A DNA stretch of 64,000 nt from contig JBNKOC010000028.1 in the NCBI GenBank assembly GCA_050294405.1, forward strand, positions 224,001-288,000, read 5' to 3'. Position numbers and translations under genes: made by a program. The first letter of the stretch is position 1, and each line of letters opens with the position of its first letter. Under the pieces are notes generated by a model. That model made no database searches. It saw only the letters and a list, made by a program, of their open reading frames with translations, and was not told the origin of the DNA. Below, piece by piece: positions 51,321-61,800 of the stretch. Origin of the DNA: Fibrobacteria bacterium (GTDB taxonomy: Bacteria > Fibrobacterota > Fibrobacteria > UBA11236 > JADFYW01).

Positions 51321-52037
51321 CTAGTGGCCATAGTCCCGGTCGCCAAAAATAGCCGTACCTACCCGCAGATAATGGCTCCCCTGTTCAATGGCTATGGGGA
51401 AATCATGGGACATCCCCATGGAAAGTTCTTTGAAATGCGCTAAAAAAGGGAAATGAGGAGCGTATTTTTCCCGAATGTCTTTTAATAGCTGGGAGAGCAG
51501 CCCAAATGATTTTGCGACTTCATCCAGGTTAGATGTATTGGGCCCAATTCCCATTAACCCGCAAAATTGAATATTTCTAAAATCTGCCAATTGGGGTATA
51601 AGAGGTAGCATTTCCTCCGGCCTGAAGCCTGCCTTACTTTCCTCAGCACTGATATTTACTTGTAAAAAAACTTTTTTTTGGCTTTTAAATTCTTCGCCTA
51701 GGCTTTCTAACTTCTTTAAAATTTTAAGGGAATCAATGCTGTGGAAAACTGATGTGATAGGGTAAATCTTTCTTACTTTATTGCTTTGCAGCCTGCCTAT
51801 GTAATGCAGCTGGGCATCTTCGAAACCCTCACCCAGTGGAAATTTCTCCAAGGCTTCCTGCACCTTATTCTCCCCAAATAATCGAGCACCAGCTTTATAG
51901 GCAGCAATAATTTTTTGTTTGGAGTGTGTTTTACTGACGCAAATTAAATGAACCTGTTTTTTGTCTCGGCCACTGTTTTCACAGGCCTTGGCAATTTGTC
52001 CATTTATTGTTTTAATGTTGCGCTCAATTACATCCAT
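51321..52037 (-). CDS. yggS: PLP homeostasis protein
   Basis: VSKT, FGENKVQE, IGRLQSNK, SMGMS, RVGTAIFG. Confidence 0.95.
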   Translation of the reverse strand: MDVIERNIKTINGQIAKACENSGRDKKQVHLICVSKTHSKQKIIAAYKAGARLFGENKVQEALEKFPLGEGFEDAQLHYIGRLQSNKVRKIYPITSVFHSIDSLKILKKLESLGEEFKSQKKVFLQVNISAEESKAGFRPEEMLPLIPQLADFRNIQFCGLMGIGPNTSNLDEVAKSFGLLSQLLKDIREKYAPHFPFLAHFKELSMGMSHDFPIAIEQGSHYLRVGTAIFGDRDYGH

Positions 52038-52039
52038 GG

Positions 52040-53629
52040 CTATTTAAAAACATCATTCAGAACATCATCCACAGATTGAGTAAGTAGGAGCCTGGTTTTT
52101 TTTATGGCATCCTTGGATAGTGTCTGGCAATCCGGGCTGTTTTCCTCGGGGAGATAAAATTTTTTAATACCTGCATTGTAAGCGGCAATAAATTTTTCCC
52201 GAATGCCTCCTACTCCGATAAGCTGGCCTGTTAAAGATATTTCTCCAGTAAAAGAAATATGAGAGCTTATGGGTTTTTGTAACAAAGCAGACAAAATAGA
52301 AACCACAAGCGCCAACCCCGCAGAAGGCCCGTCTTTTGGGAAGGCGCCTTCTGGTATATGTAAATGGATATCAGATTGGCGAATTCTATTTATGTCGATG
52401 TTCCATGTTTTAGCTCTTTCTTTCACCAGCGTCAGAGCTATTATAGCGGACTCTTTCATAATATCGCCCATTTTTCCTGTGAGGTGGATGCGGCCTTTAC
52501 CACTTAAAATTTTGCATTCAATATCCAGAATTTGACCACCTACATTGGTCCAGGCAAGCCCTTTGCATACACCGGGTTGGCTTTGGATTTTACTGTTTTT
52601 TTTTGGCTGCGTTTCCACTCCCAGCATGTTTGTTATATTTTCCTCTGAGATGCTTTGGGGATAGGTCCTTTTTAGTAACATATTTTTGGCCTGCTTACGG
52701 CCGATGTGCATCAATTGCTTTTCCAGCTGGTTTACTCCGGCTTCCTCAGTGTAGCGTGCAATAATTTGCTTAAGGCCGCTATCTGAAATTTTTAATTGGG
52801 AGGGTTTTAAGCCACAGAGTTTTTGAACTTTGGGAACCAAATATTTTCCGGCTATTTTTTGTTTTTCAAAATCATAATATCCTGGTATCCGATAGCATTC
52901 CACTTTTTGCCTGATGCTATAGGGAATTGCCGATTCCAGGTTAGCGGTTAATATGTATATGATTTTCGAAGTGTCGTATTTCAATTCCAGATATTTATCA
53001 AAAATTTTTGCGGATTTATCCAATATTTCGCTAAAGGCGGCTGCCAATTGAGTTCTTTGGGATGCGGGAATTTTATCCATTCCTTCAAACAAAATAACGG
53101 GGTTCATGATACCCGCCTGGATAATGGATTGGATAATTTTTCCAGGCTGGGCGCCCATATAAATTTTGGATTGTCCGAATAAATCACTTTCCTGGCTGAT
53201 GCTGGAAACCGGAATCCGGATACATGGCCGCCCCAAGGCAGCGGCCAGGTTCTTGGCTAACAGGGTTTTGCCCACTCCTGGTGGACCAGTGAAGCAAATG
53301 TTATGGGAAAAATTTCCAGTAAGCTTTAAAACCGATATATGATCCATGAGCTCGCTTTTTAGAGAGTCCAGACCATATACATTTTTGGTAAATTTGGATT
53401 GGATAGACTTTAAAGAACTGGATTCGGCGGCAAATTTATCCCAGGGAATGGAAAGTGCGAACTGGATATGTTGAGCCAATATGGCATGGTCCGCTTGATT
53501 GGGGGCCATTTGGGTGAGTTTGCTAATATCACTTAATATTTTTTCCTTGGCATTATCGGAGGATTGAATTCTCAATGCCCGGTTTTTAAAATTTTCCAAA
53601 AATTTTTTTTGGCTTTCCATGAATTGCAA
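52040..53629 (-). CDS. lon: Lon (S16)-like protease lacking the N-domain, with degenerate Walker B
   Basis: GPPGVGKT, PKDGPSAG, GGIREK; directly downstream of clpX. Confidence 0.8.
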   Translation of the reverse strand: MQFMESQKKFLENFKNRALRIQSSDNAKEKILSDISKLTQMAPNQADHAILAQHIQFALSIPWDKFAAESSSLKSIQSKFTKNVYGLDSLKSELMDHISVLKLTGNFSHNICFTGPPGVGKTLLAKNLAAALGRPCIRIPVSSISQESDLFGQSKIYMGAQPGKIIQSIIQAGIMNPVILFEGMDKIPASQRTQLAAAFSEILDKSAKIFDKYLELKYDTSKIIYILTANLESAIPYSIRQKVECYRIPGYYDFEKQKIAGKYLVPKVQKLCGLKPSQLKISDSGLKQIIARYTEEAGVNQLEKQLMHIGRKQAKNMLLKRTYPQSISEENITNMLGVETQPKKNSKIQSQPGVCKGLAWTNVGGQILDIECKILSGKGRIHLTGKMGDIMKESAIIALTLVKERAKTWNIDINRIRQSDIHLHIPEGAFPKDGPSAGLALVVSILSALLQKPISSHISFTGEISLTGQLIGVGGIREKFIAAYNAGIKKFYLPEENSPDCQTLSKDAIKKTRLLLTQSVDDVLNDVFK

Positions 53630-53667
53630 TTTTTTTTTAAGCCTTTTGATTTAAAAGGCTAATGTTA

Positions 53668-54921
53668 TCAGGCGGATTTGGCTTTTACCTTCTTTAAGAT
53701 GTATAGAGGCTCAGCGCCCTCCCGAACCACATCTTTAGTGATGATACATTCTGCCACATCTTTTCGGTTAGGAAGGTCAAACATAATTTTAATTAAAACA
53801 CTTTCCATAATAGCTCTAAGGCCACGGGCGCCTGTTTTTCTTTCAATGGCTTTTTCCACTATGGCATTGAGGGAATCCGCCTGAAAAACAAGTTTTACTC
53901 CATCCATATCAAATAATTTGGAATATTGTTTGATAAGGGCGTTTTTGGGCTGGGTTAAAATATTTAACATGGCAGGGTGATCCAGTTCATTTAAAGCTGT
54001 CACCACAGGCAAGCGCCCCACCAATTCAGGGATAAGTCCGAATTGAATAATATCATCGGGCTCCACCATGTGTAAAATATTTTCTTTGCCTTGTTTTTTG
54101 CCATTGCTCCCCATAGAAAAACCCATTTTACGGGTGCCCAATCTGCGGGCCACAATGTCATCCAACGTTTCGAAAGCGCCACCACAAATAAACAAAACAT
54201 TTTTGGTGTTTACATTTATAAGCGTTTGCTCGGGGTGTTTTCTACCCCCTTTAGGAGGAATAGATGCAACAGTACCTTCCAATAATTTCAACAAGCCCTG
54301 CTGCACGCCTTCTCCGCTTACATCGCGGGTTATGGAAGGGTTGGCGGAAGAACGGGCGATTTTGTCAATTTCATCAATGTATACAATTCCCTGCTGGGCC
54401 TTTTCCACGTCATAATCGGCGGCTTGCAGAAGGCGAACGATGATGTTGTCCACATCTTCACCAACATAACCGGCTTCTGTTAATACTGTGGCGTCCACAA
54501 TGGTAAAGGGAACGTTTAAAAACCGGGCCATGGTTTGGGCCAAAAGTGTTTTTCCTGTCCCGGTAGGCCCTAAAAACAGAATGTTACTTTTTTCAATTTC
54601 AATTTCATCACTCTCTTTGGAAGAGATAATTCTTTTGTAATGGTTGTAAACAGCCACACAAAGGCTGCGTTTGGCTTCGTCTTGTCCAACTACAAACTGA
54701 TCGAGGTGTTCTTTGATTTCCAGCGGGGTGGGTATGGAAACTTCTGTGGGCTTCTTTGCCTTAGGGTCTCTTTTTTGTTCCTCGCTTAATATATCATTGC
54801 ACATGGATACACATTCATTGCAAATGTGTACAGACGGCCCGGTAATCAGCTTATCAACCTGTTCTGCGGACTTGCCGCAAAATGAGCAGCTGATTAGCGT
54901 ATAACCTTTAGATTTACTCAT
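53668..54921 (-). CDS. clpX: ClpX ATPase
   Basis: CSFC..CNEC zinc finger, [18 protein letters not shown]. Confidence 0.98.
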   Translation of the reverse strand: MSKSKGYTLISCSFCGKSAEQVDKLITGPSVHICNECVSMCNDILSEEQKRDPKAKKPTEVSIPTPLEIKEHLDQFVVGQDEAKRSLCVAVYNHYKRIISSKESDEIEIEKSNILFLGPTGTGKTLLAQTMARFLNVPFTIVDATVLTEAGYVGEDVDNIIVRLLQAADYDVEKAQQGIVYIDEIDKIARSSANPSITRDVSGEGVQQGLLKLLEGTVASIPPKGGRKHPEQTLINVNTKNVLFICGGAFETLDDIVARRLGTRKMGFSMGSNGKKQGKENILHMVEPDDIIQFGLIPELVGRLPVVTALNELDHPAMLNILTQPKNALIKQYSKLFDMDGVKLVFQADSLNAIVEKAIERKTGARGLRAIMESVLIKIMFDLPNRKDVAECIITKDVVREGAEPLYILKKVKAKSA

Positions 54922-54935
54922 GCCCCTTTAAAAAT

Positions 54936-55529
54936 CTACTTAGATTTTTCAGTTTCCCGTTGTAAAATTTCATCAACAATTCCAAAATCAATGGATTCCT
55001 GCGCATTTAAGTAAAAATCCCTATCTGTGAGTTTTTCCACCTCTTCTACGGTTTTTCCGGTATTCAAGGAAATGATTCTGTTCATTTCTTCTTTGGTCTT
55101 CACAATTTCCTTGGCGTGAATTTGGATATCGGAAGATTGGCCAGAGGTTGCTCCAGAAGGCTGATGCAGCATTACTTTGCCGTGAGGCAGGATAAAACGC
55201 TTGCCTTTAGCTCCGGCTCCCAATAAAACAGCGGCCATGCTGGCGGCTATGCCAATACAAATAGTTTGAACGTCGGGTTTTACGTGTTTAATAGTATCGT
55301 AAATGGCAAGTCCTGAAGAAACCAGCCCACCGGGAGAATTGATGTACAAAATGATATCTTTATCTGGATCATCGTGTTCCAGGAAAATCATCTGGGCTAT
55401 AATGGCGTTGGCCACCACATCATTGACTTCATGTCCTATGAAGATGATTCTTTCTTTTAGAAGGCGAGAGTATATATCGTATGCTCGCTCGCCTCGCCCT
55501 GTATTTTCAATGACTGTTGGGATATACAT
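54936..55529 (-). CDS. clpP: Clp protease proteolytic subunit
   Basis: YDIYSRLL, YINSPGG, AASM, HQP. Confidence 0.98.
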   Translation of the reverse strand: MYIPTVIENTGRGERAYDIYSRLLKERIIFIGHEVNDVVANAIIAQMIFLEHDDPDKDIILYINSPGGLVSSGLAIYDTIKHVKPDVQTICIGIAASMAAVLLGAGAKGKRFILPHGKVMLHQPSGATSGQSSDIQIHAKEIVKTKEEMNRIISLNTGKTVEEVEKLTDRDFYLNAQESIDFGIVDEILQRETEKSK

Positions 55530-55580
55530 TCTGTTGAATTCTCCTGGGTTGAATAAAATACAAAAAGGGAAAAATAAAAC

Positions 55581-56864
55581 CTAAGCAGCTTCTTCGCTTG
55601 GAATATTTAACAGAAATTTCAGGGTTTTTTCAGATTTGATATCTTCCCTGATATCATTTATGCGGCCGCTCTTTCGCAACGAAGCCTTCAAAGTTTCAAA
55701 CTCAAGGCCATTTTGTTTGGCCAGACTTTCAATACGAGCGTCCACTTCTGTCTGGACCGCCTTGATATTTTCTTTTTTAGATACTACTTCCAAAATGCGG
55801 TGTTTGCGCAGTTCGTAAAGGGCCTTGTCCTCTAAAAACTTCATTTGTTCTGGAGGAATATCATGGGAATGATCGTGATTTTCGTCGGGGTTGTAGTTTC
55901 CCCCATGAATCTGATATTCCACATAGTGTTTAATACGAGCTTTGGGCACATCAAAAGGGTGCTTGGCCAAAATGGCTTCCATAACTTCGGTTTCAGCTTT
56001 TTTTAAAGCATCTCTTTCTTTGGTTTCTTCCAAATTTTCCCGAATTCTGGCTTTCAACTCGTCTAAAGTTTGAGTACCCAGTTTTTTGGCGAATTCATCG
56101 TCAACAACTGGTATGTCCTTTGTCTTAATGGATTCAATTTTAACCTGGTATTCTCCCTTTTTTCCAGCTAAATCAGGGTTTTCGTAATCTTTTGCGTACT
56201 TTACGCTGATTGATTTTTCATCTCCGGCGCTAACAGCTAAAAAGGCCTTGTTAAATTCGGGAATTTTATCTTTGCCGATACTAACCCTAAAGGATTTGTC
56301 TTCGGGTAATTCTTTTTCTTCGCCATCTATCTTAATGGACAAATAACTGCCAACGGCAATGTCGCCTTCTTCGCTTTTGCCTTCTTTATCGCTTTCTGTG
56401 GCAATACTTTCGGCATAGGAGTTGATTTGATCCTCGATTTCTTTGTCTTCTGTAACAGAAGGCTTTTCGTAAACAACGCCTAAATCTTTGTAATCGCTAA
56501 TTTCAACCTCTGGATCCACTTCAATAAGAGCCTTCAAAAAAATGGGGTTCTCCCCCTCATTTTTTAACTCTTCCACTTTTCCGGGGGCCACAGGGCTTAT
56601 GTTTTGCTCTTTGCAAACTTCGCGAATAACATCGTCTACCAGTTTTTCCAATGTTTCATTGGTAATGGGCTCTTTAAACCTTTCGGAAATAATTCTTTTG
56701 GGAATGGTGCCTTTTCGGTAGCCATTTAGGCGCAGTTCTTTGCTGTATTTCTTGACTTTTTCGTTGTAAACCGAATTGAAATTTTCTCTGGGGATTTCAA
56801 TTTCCAATAATTTTTCAGTAGTGGAAGGATCGGTTACTTTAGATTTTAAAGTTTGGGTTTCCAT
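55581..56864 (-). CDS. tig: Trigger factor
   Basis: GYRKG ribosome-binding motif, FKBP-like middle domain; tig-clpP-clpX order. Confidence 0.92.
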   Translation of the reverse strand: METQTLKSKVTDPSTTEKLLEIEIPRENFNSVYNEKVKKYSKELRLNGYRKGTIPKRIISERFKEPITNETLEKLVDDVIREVCKEQNISPVAPGKVEELKNEGENPIFLKALIEVDPEVEISDYKDLGVVYEKPSVTEDKEIEDQINSYAESIATESDKEGKSEEGDIAVGSYLSIKIDGEEKELPEDKSFRVSIGKDKIPEFNKAFLAVSAGDEKSISVKYAKDYENPDLAGKKGEYQVKIESIKTKDIPVVDDEFAKKLGTQTLDELKARIRENLEETKERDALKKAETEVMEAILAKHPFDVPKARIKHYVEYQIHGGNYNPDENHDHSHDIPPEQMKFLEDKALYELRKHRILEVVSKKENIKAVQTEVDARIESLAKQNGLEFETLKASLRKSGRINDIREDIKSEKTLKFLLNIPSEEAA

Positions 56865-56893
56865 ATTAGATAATCCTAAAAAATGAGTGGTTT

Positions 56894-56974
56894 TGCGAGA
56901 GGGGGGAGTCGAACCCCCACGCCAAAGGCGCTAGATCCTAAGTCTAGTGCGTCTGCCAATTCCGCCACTCTCGC
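56894..56974 (-). tRNA. tRNA-Leu(TAG), CCA not encoded
   Basis: Reverse complement GCGAGAGTGGCGGAATTGGCAGACGCACTAGACTTAGGATCTAG...GTTCGACTCCCCCCTCTCGCA. Confidence 0.95.
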
Positions 56975-57039
56975 TAATGTTCTGTAAACTTATAAGAAAA
57001 GGGCCGTTTTTTCAATACATGGACCTATTCTTATTTGAG

Positions 57040-58638
57040 CTAGCTTTGCAAATTTAATTCCGGTGCAGGAGCTGCATCTTCGTTGCTGTAACTGTTCAAA
57101 AAAAGCTGAGTGATTTCATCGCCAGAATCTGTATTAAAAACCCGGAACCCAACTAAAGAGGCATCTTCATCGTGGTAAAGGTCAATTTGGCATTTGTAAT
57201 TTCGTTCCCAATGTTTTAATATGCGGCCTCTATAGGCAACCACTTCGTCCAGGATTTTTGCATGTAAGGCCAAAGAAAGTTTGGTGTAATTTCCCTTGGC
57301 ATGGCAGCGGCGTAGCCACCTGTCAATTTGAGCTAAAATACCGTTTGTTTTAGGTATATAACGGTTTCCCTGACAGGTAGGGCACACATCGGACTGGTTT
57401 AATATCAAATTGGGGCGCACTCTTTTTCGGGTAAGCTCCATTAATCCAAATTGCGAAATCAAGGAAAAATGAATGGGGGCCTTATCTTGTCGAATTGCCT
57501 TTTTAAATTCGGATTCTACCTTTTCGATGTCCTCTTCATTTTCCATGTCGATAAAATCAATGACCACAAGGCCACCTAAATCGCGCAGGCGCAATTGTTT
57601 GGCGATTTCCCAGGCTGCATCAATATTGGTTTCCACAATATTTTTTCCCTGATCGGTTCCGCGAACCTTTCCCCCTGTGTTTACATCAATGGAAACCAGG
57701 GCCTCGGTTTGTTCAATAATGAGATAACCGCCCCGACGCAAATAAACTTTGGATTCAAATATCTTTTCGAGCTCTTCCTCCAGGCCAAAATGGTCGAAAA
57801 GCGAACCTTTTTTATCAAAATATTTCACTTTGTCCAGTTTATCGGGGGAAAGCACCTGAAGGTATTCCAACACTGAATCGTATTCGTCTTTATCGTCTAT
57901 CCATACTTCACCCACATTTTCTGTAAAATACTCCCTAAGAGTGATTTCACTAAAACTGGTGTCGCGAAATACCAAACCGGGTCCGTCCAATTCATCGGCT
58001 CTGTGCTTGCAGATTTCCCATTTGGATTCGAGGATATCCATTTGTTTGGCAAACTCTTCTTCGCTTTCCTGTAACCCTAAAGTTCTGACGATGTAGCCTA
58101 CACCTGGGCCTTTTAAGCGTTGGACCATTCTTTTTAGTTCCCGGCGGCGGTAAATTTCACGGCTTTTTTTGGAAACACCCACAAAATTGGTATTGGGCAT
58201 GCAAACCAAAAAGCGTCCGGCCAGAGTAATATGGGAAGTGAGCCTGGGTCCTTTGGTGCCAATGGGCTCTTTGGTAACCTGAACTAATATTTCCTGGCCC
58301 ACAGAGAGCAATTGATCTATGGTTTCTGGTTTTTTGGCGTTTTTTTTGTCGCCATCGTCGTCATCATCATATTCATTGCGCAGCTTGCGGGTTCGGTCTA
58401 TAACGTCATCCACATGCAAAAAACCTGCTTTGTCGGTTCCCAAATCTACAAATGCAGCTTGAAGCCCGGGTAAAACGGCGTTCACCACGCCTTTGTAAAT
58501 GCTGCCTAAAACAACAGAGTCTTCGGGGTGTTCATAAAGGATTTCTCCTAAATGATTGTCGTCCAAAATGGCGATTCGACGCTCGTAGGGCGTATAACTG
58601 ATTAAAATTTGTCTTGGGGCTTTTGAATATCGGCTCAT
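57040..58638 (-). CDS. rng: Ribonuclease E/G family
   Basis: S1 domain GLQAAFVD, DVNTG, LRDLGGLVVIDFIDM, CPTC. Confidence 0.93.
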   Translation of the reverse strand: MSRYSKAPRQILISYTPYERRIAILDDNHLGEILYEHPEDSVVLGSIYKGVVNAVLPGLQAAFVDLGTDKAGFLHVDDVIDRTRKLRNEYDDDDDGDKKNAKKPETIDQLLSVGQEILVQVTKEPIGTKGPRLTSHITLAGRFLVCMPNTNFVGVSKKSREIYRRRELKRMVQRLKGPGVGYIVRTLGLQESEEEFAKQMDILESKWEICKHRADELDGPGLVFRDTSFSEITLREYFTENVGEVWIDDKDEYDSVLEYLQVLSPDKLDKVKYFDKKGSLFDHFGLEEELEKIFESKVYLRRGGYLIIEQTEALVSIDVNTGGKVRGTDQGKNIVETNIDAAWEIAKQLRLRDLGGLVVIDFIDMENEEDIEKVESEFKKAIRQDKAPIHFSLISQFGLMELTRKRVRPNLILNQSDVCPTCQGNRYIPKTNGILAQIDRWLRRCHAKGNYTKLSLALHAKILDEVVAYRGRILKHWERNYKCQIDLYHDEDASLVGFRVFNTDSGDEITQLFLNSYSNEDAAPAPELNLQS

Positions 58639-58830
58639 TAATTTCCTTCCAAATAGATTTTGACGCGATATTTTTACCTGGACTCCCGGACTTCACTAAG
58701 GCATAAACTGCCCTGGTTTCCCGGGGGGAGATAAAAAAATCGAAAATTTTCAATAAGGGACTTTGTAAGTCTGTCCAGCTTTTTATAAGCAGTAAAATAA
58801 AAATCATTTGTAATATGATAAATTAATCAC

Positions 58831-61800
58831 TTAGAATCTCATAGTAAACTCTGAATGTACTTCAATTTCTTGACGGGTGTCTTCGTTTTCTGTATGAAAC
58901 TCCTGCTCTCGCATATATTGAACATACACCAGCATATCGATTTTGCGGGTAAAATTATAGGAAACTTCCGGGCGCAGGCTAAAATTAAACTCATAAAGGT
59001 CCACTTCTCTCTTGGTATTGTCGTTTCCGGCTAATTTTACATAGTTGGTGTTTTTTTCTGCTCCCACTTTGGCCGTGAGTTTAAATCGGAGGTTGTTTTC
59101 CAATTTTACATACCAGCGCCAAAATTGAATGCCTTTTTGGGTTTGGATATCGTAGGAAAGGCTAAAAATATCTTCCCAAAGCCAGTTTTCTTTTTTGGTG
59201 TGGCCGCCATCCGGTTTGCGGGAATAGGTGTTTAAATCTTTATAGCCATCCCAGGTAAGGAGGGGAGATTGGGTGGAATCCAGAGTTTTGGTGGAATCTA
59301 CTCCGTGGCCAAATTTCCAGTTTACGGAATTTTCCATTCGCACATTGTTTTTCATGGTGGCGGAGAGTTTCACCAGCGGACTGAAATTGTGGGAGATGTT
59401 AATGGAGTTGGCTTTCTCTGACCATTTATTATAGCGCCATTCTTTTTTGAAGTTGTAAGAATGGTTCGCGCTGAAATTGCGGAAGTGTTTTTTAAGAAAG
59501 GGAATTTTAGGCGCAAAGTTGGAAAAACGGCCGGTTACAGTGTAATCGGGAAAAACAAAAGAGGTGTCGTTGTCCCGGGCCAGGGCATAGTCCCTGTTAA
59601 AGGTATAACTTTTGGTCCACTTCATGGAACCGCTTAGGTTTAAATCGATTATGGGAACTGTGAACCCAGAACGCAAATCCGTGGTTCTAGTAACGATGTG
59701 TTTCATTTGGTTGTTTTGCACCATGGGAGAAGACAGATAATCAAAAAAGCGATAGTCACTGTTGGTATGGCCCATAATAACCTGATCCCGGAATTTGGGA
59801 TAATTCCAGATGATGCTGGGATCGTAAATAAGGCCAAGTTGGTAGGCGTAGAAATCAAATGGGTCTATTCCCCGGCGATTCATTTCTTCAAAAGTGAACT
59901 CCTCACCTGTATATCTGTGCGAAATGGTATAACTGGCGTTAATGTTTTGCAGTTTAATTTTGTTGAATCCATTATTGGCGCTTTTAAGGCTGCTGGCCAA
60001 CCAGGGAATGGGTTTGGACAACTTCTCCAGCTTTTGGAGTAAACGGTTGAGCCGCAAACCAGTATTAAGGCTAATATCGTGGTTGGATTCGGACTGGAAA
60101 TGTTCGGGTTCAAAGGAGCCCTGCACACCCAAACGAGTAGGGGTAAGGCTTACCTCTTCGCTGCGGGTATGTTTGTATTGGGAAGACAATTTAGCCGAAG
60201 TGGAAACAAAAGAGAGAATCTCGGGATTAAAATCCATTTGAAAGGTATTGTTGCGGCTTTTTTCGTTAGCCATGACACCATAAACATCAAGGCCTCTTGC
60301 TGCTGCGCTGTCTGAAGAAGCTAAAAGTTCCCAGGCAAAAAGCCCTGTTCTGGAATTCATATCCCAAAAAACCGGGCCTGAAAATTCCTCATGAACATTG
60401 TCGAATTCACGAATTAGGGAAAGCCTGTAATTTAAATTGTAAAAATTGAATAAGCGCCAGGATAAATCAAGGCCATGAGTCATGTCCACTTCCCAATCGT
60501 GTTCAATAACATCGGGCTCAATTTCCTGAATGTCTTTTTTAACCTGGTAAGAGTTCACAAAACTGTAGTCCGCAACCACCAGGTTCAAGCGGTTAGGATA
60601 AGGGCTGAATTGAAAGTCTTGAATAAAATCGGGCACATACTCGCTGCGTTTCTTAAACTTCCAGGGTTTGAGCTGGATGGGCTTGTAAGGGGATAAATCA
60701 TAAGTCAGCCTGGTTTTGTAGCTGGTAGTGGTGTCGTCCTGGCTGGGGGCCCCAGACTTTGCGTTGGTGTAGGTAAATTCCAGAGCGGGCCTTTCAAAAG
60801 CCGACTGCACAAAAAAGTTTTTGGAGCGCTTTTCCTTGCGGTAGGCTGCTGTCATCACCTCTGTTAATGTACGGCTTTGGTAATACCTGGATTTGGCATT
60901 TTGCTTATCTAAAGAATCGTTTAGAGAAGATAATTCGCCACTTAAAAAGTCATCCCACAAATCAGATATATCGTGGTTTTCCAATAACTCGTCAGAATAG
61001 GGTTTTGTAAAGGGCCGACTTACTGAGCCCCGGTATTGTATGGAAAGAGGAAGGCTGATGCCCCAGGCATCGGGGAAAAACTTGTTGGCATACAAACTGG
61101 CGTTGGTGTTAAAGTCCATGGTGGTTTTCGAATTAGCAGGTGTGTTTTTGGTATTCTGTGTCATGGAGGTAAAATTTCCGTTAGTGGCGGTGATGTTACC
61201 GCTAAGGTTTATGAAATCCGCAAATTCAGTTTGGAAAGAAGAGCGCATGCTAATACCACTGGAGCGGTTTACCCCGCGCAAGCGTAGGTCATTCACCCAA
61301 AATTCTCCTTGCTGAATCACTTCGGCTGTGGAGTCTACCTCGATTACTAAACGCATCCAGTTGATGTTAGAAAGGGAAGGGTCGCCCACAACTCCTATTA
61401 CTAAGGAAGAATCTCCCCGGGCTCTGTTGTAGCTGTGCACAAAATTTTGCCGGGTACTTCTCCAGGAACTTGAGTTTTTGAGTGCGGACAAATCTCCCAT
61501 ACGAACATCCAGGGCGTGGCGTTCCCATAAGCTTTTATGGTCCGAAGTTGCTGTGGAATCGGCATGTATTTTAATTTCGTAATAGTTGGAACTTTCTTCA
61601 TTGCCGTCATCCCGGCCGAGCTGCAAAGAAAAGCTGACCTTGTTTTGTTGCGGGTCCGCCGAATACCGGGGGTGGACTTCCATTAACAAGTTGCTGTAAA
61701 GCGTCAAATCTTTGTTATCGTTGCCAAAAATACGGGTGGCGTGGACTACTTCACCAGGATGTAAGTTTTCGTAATTTAAAACAAGAGATTGCTCTCTTAG

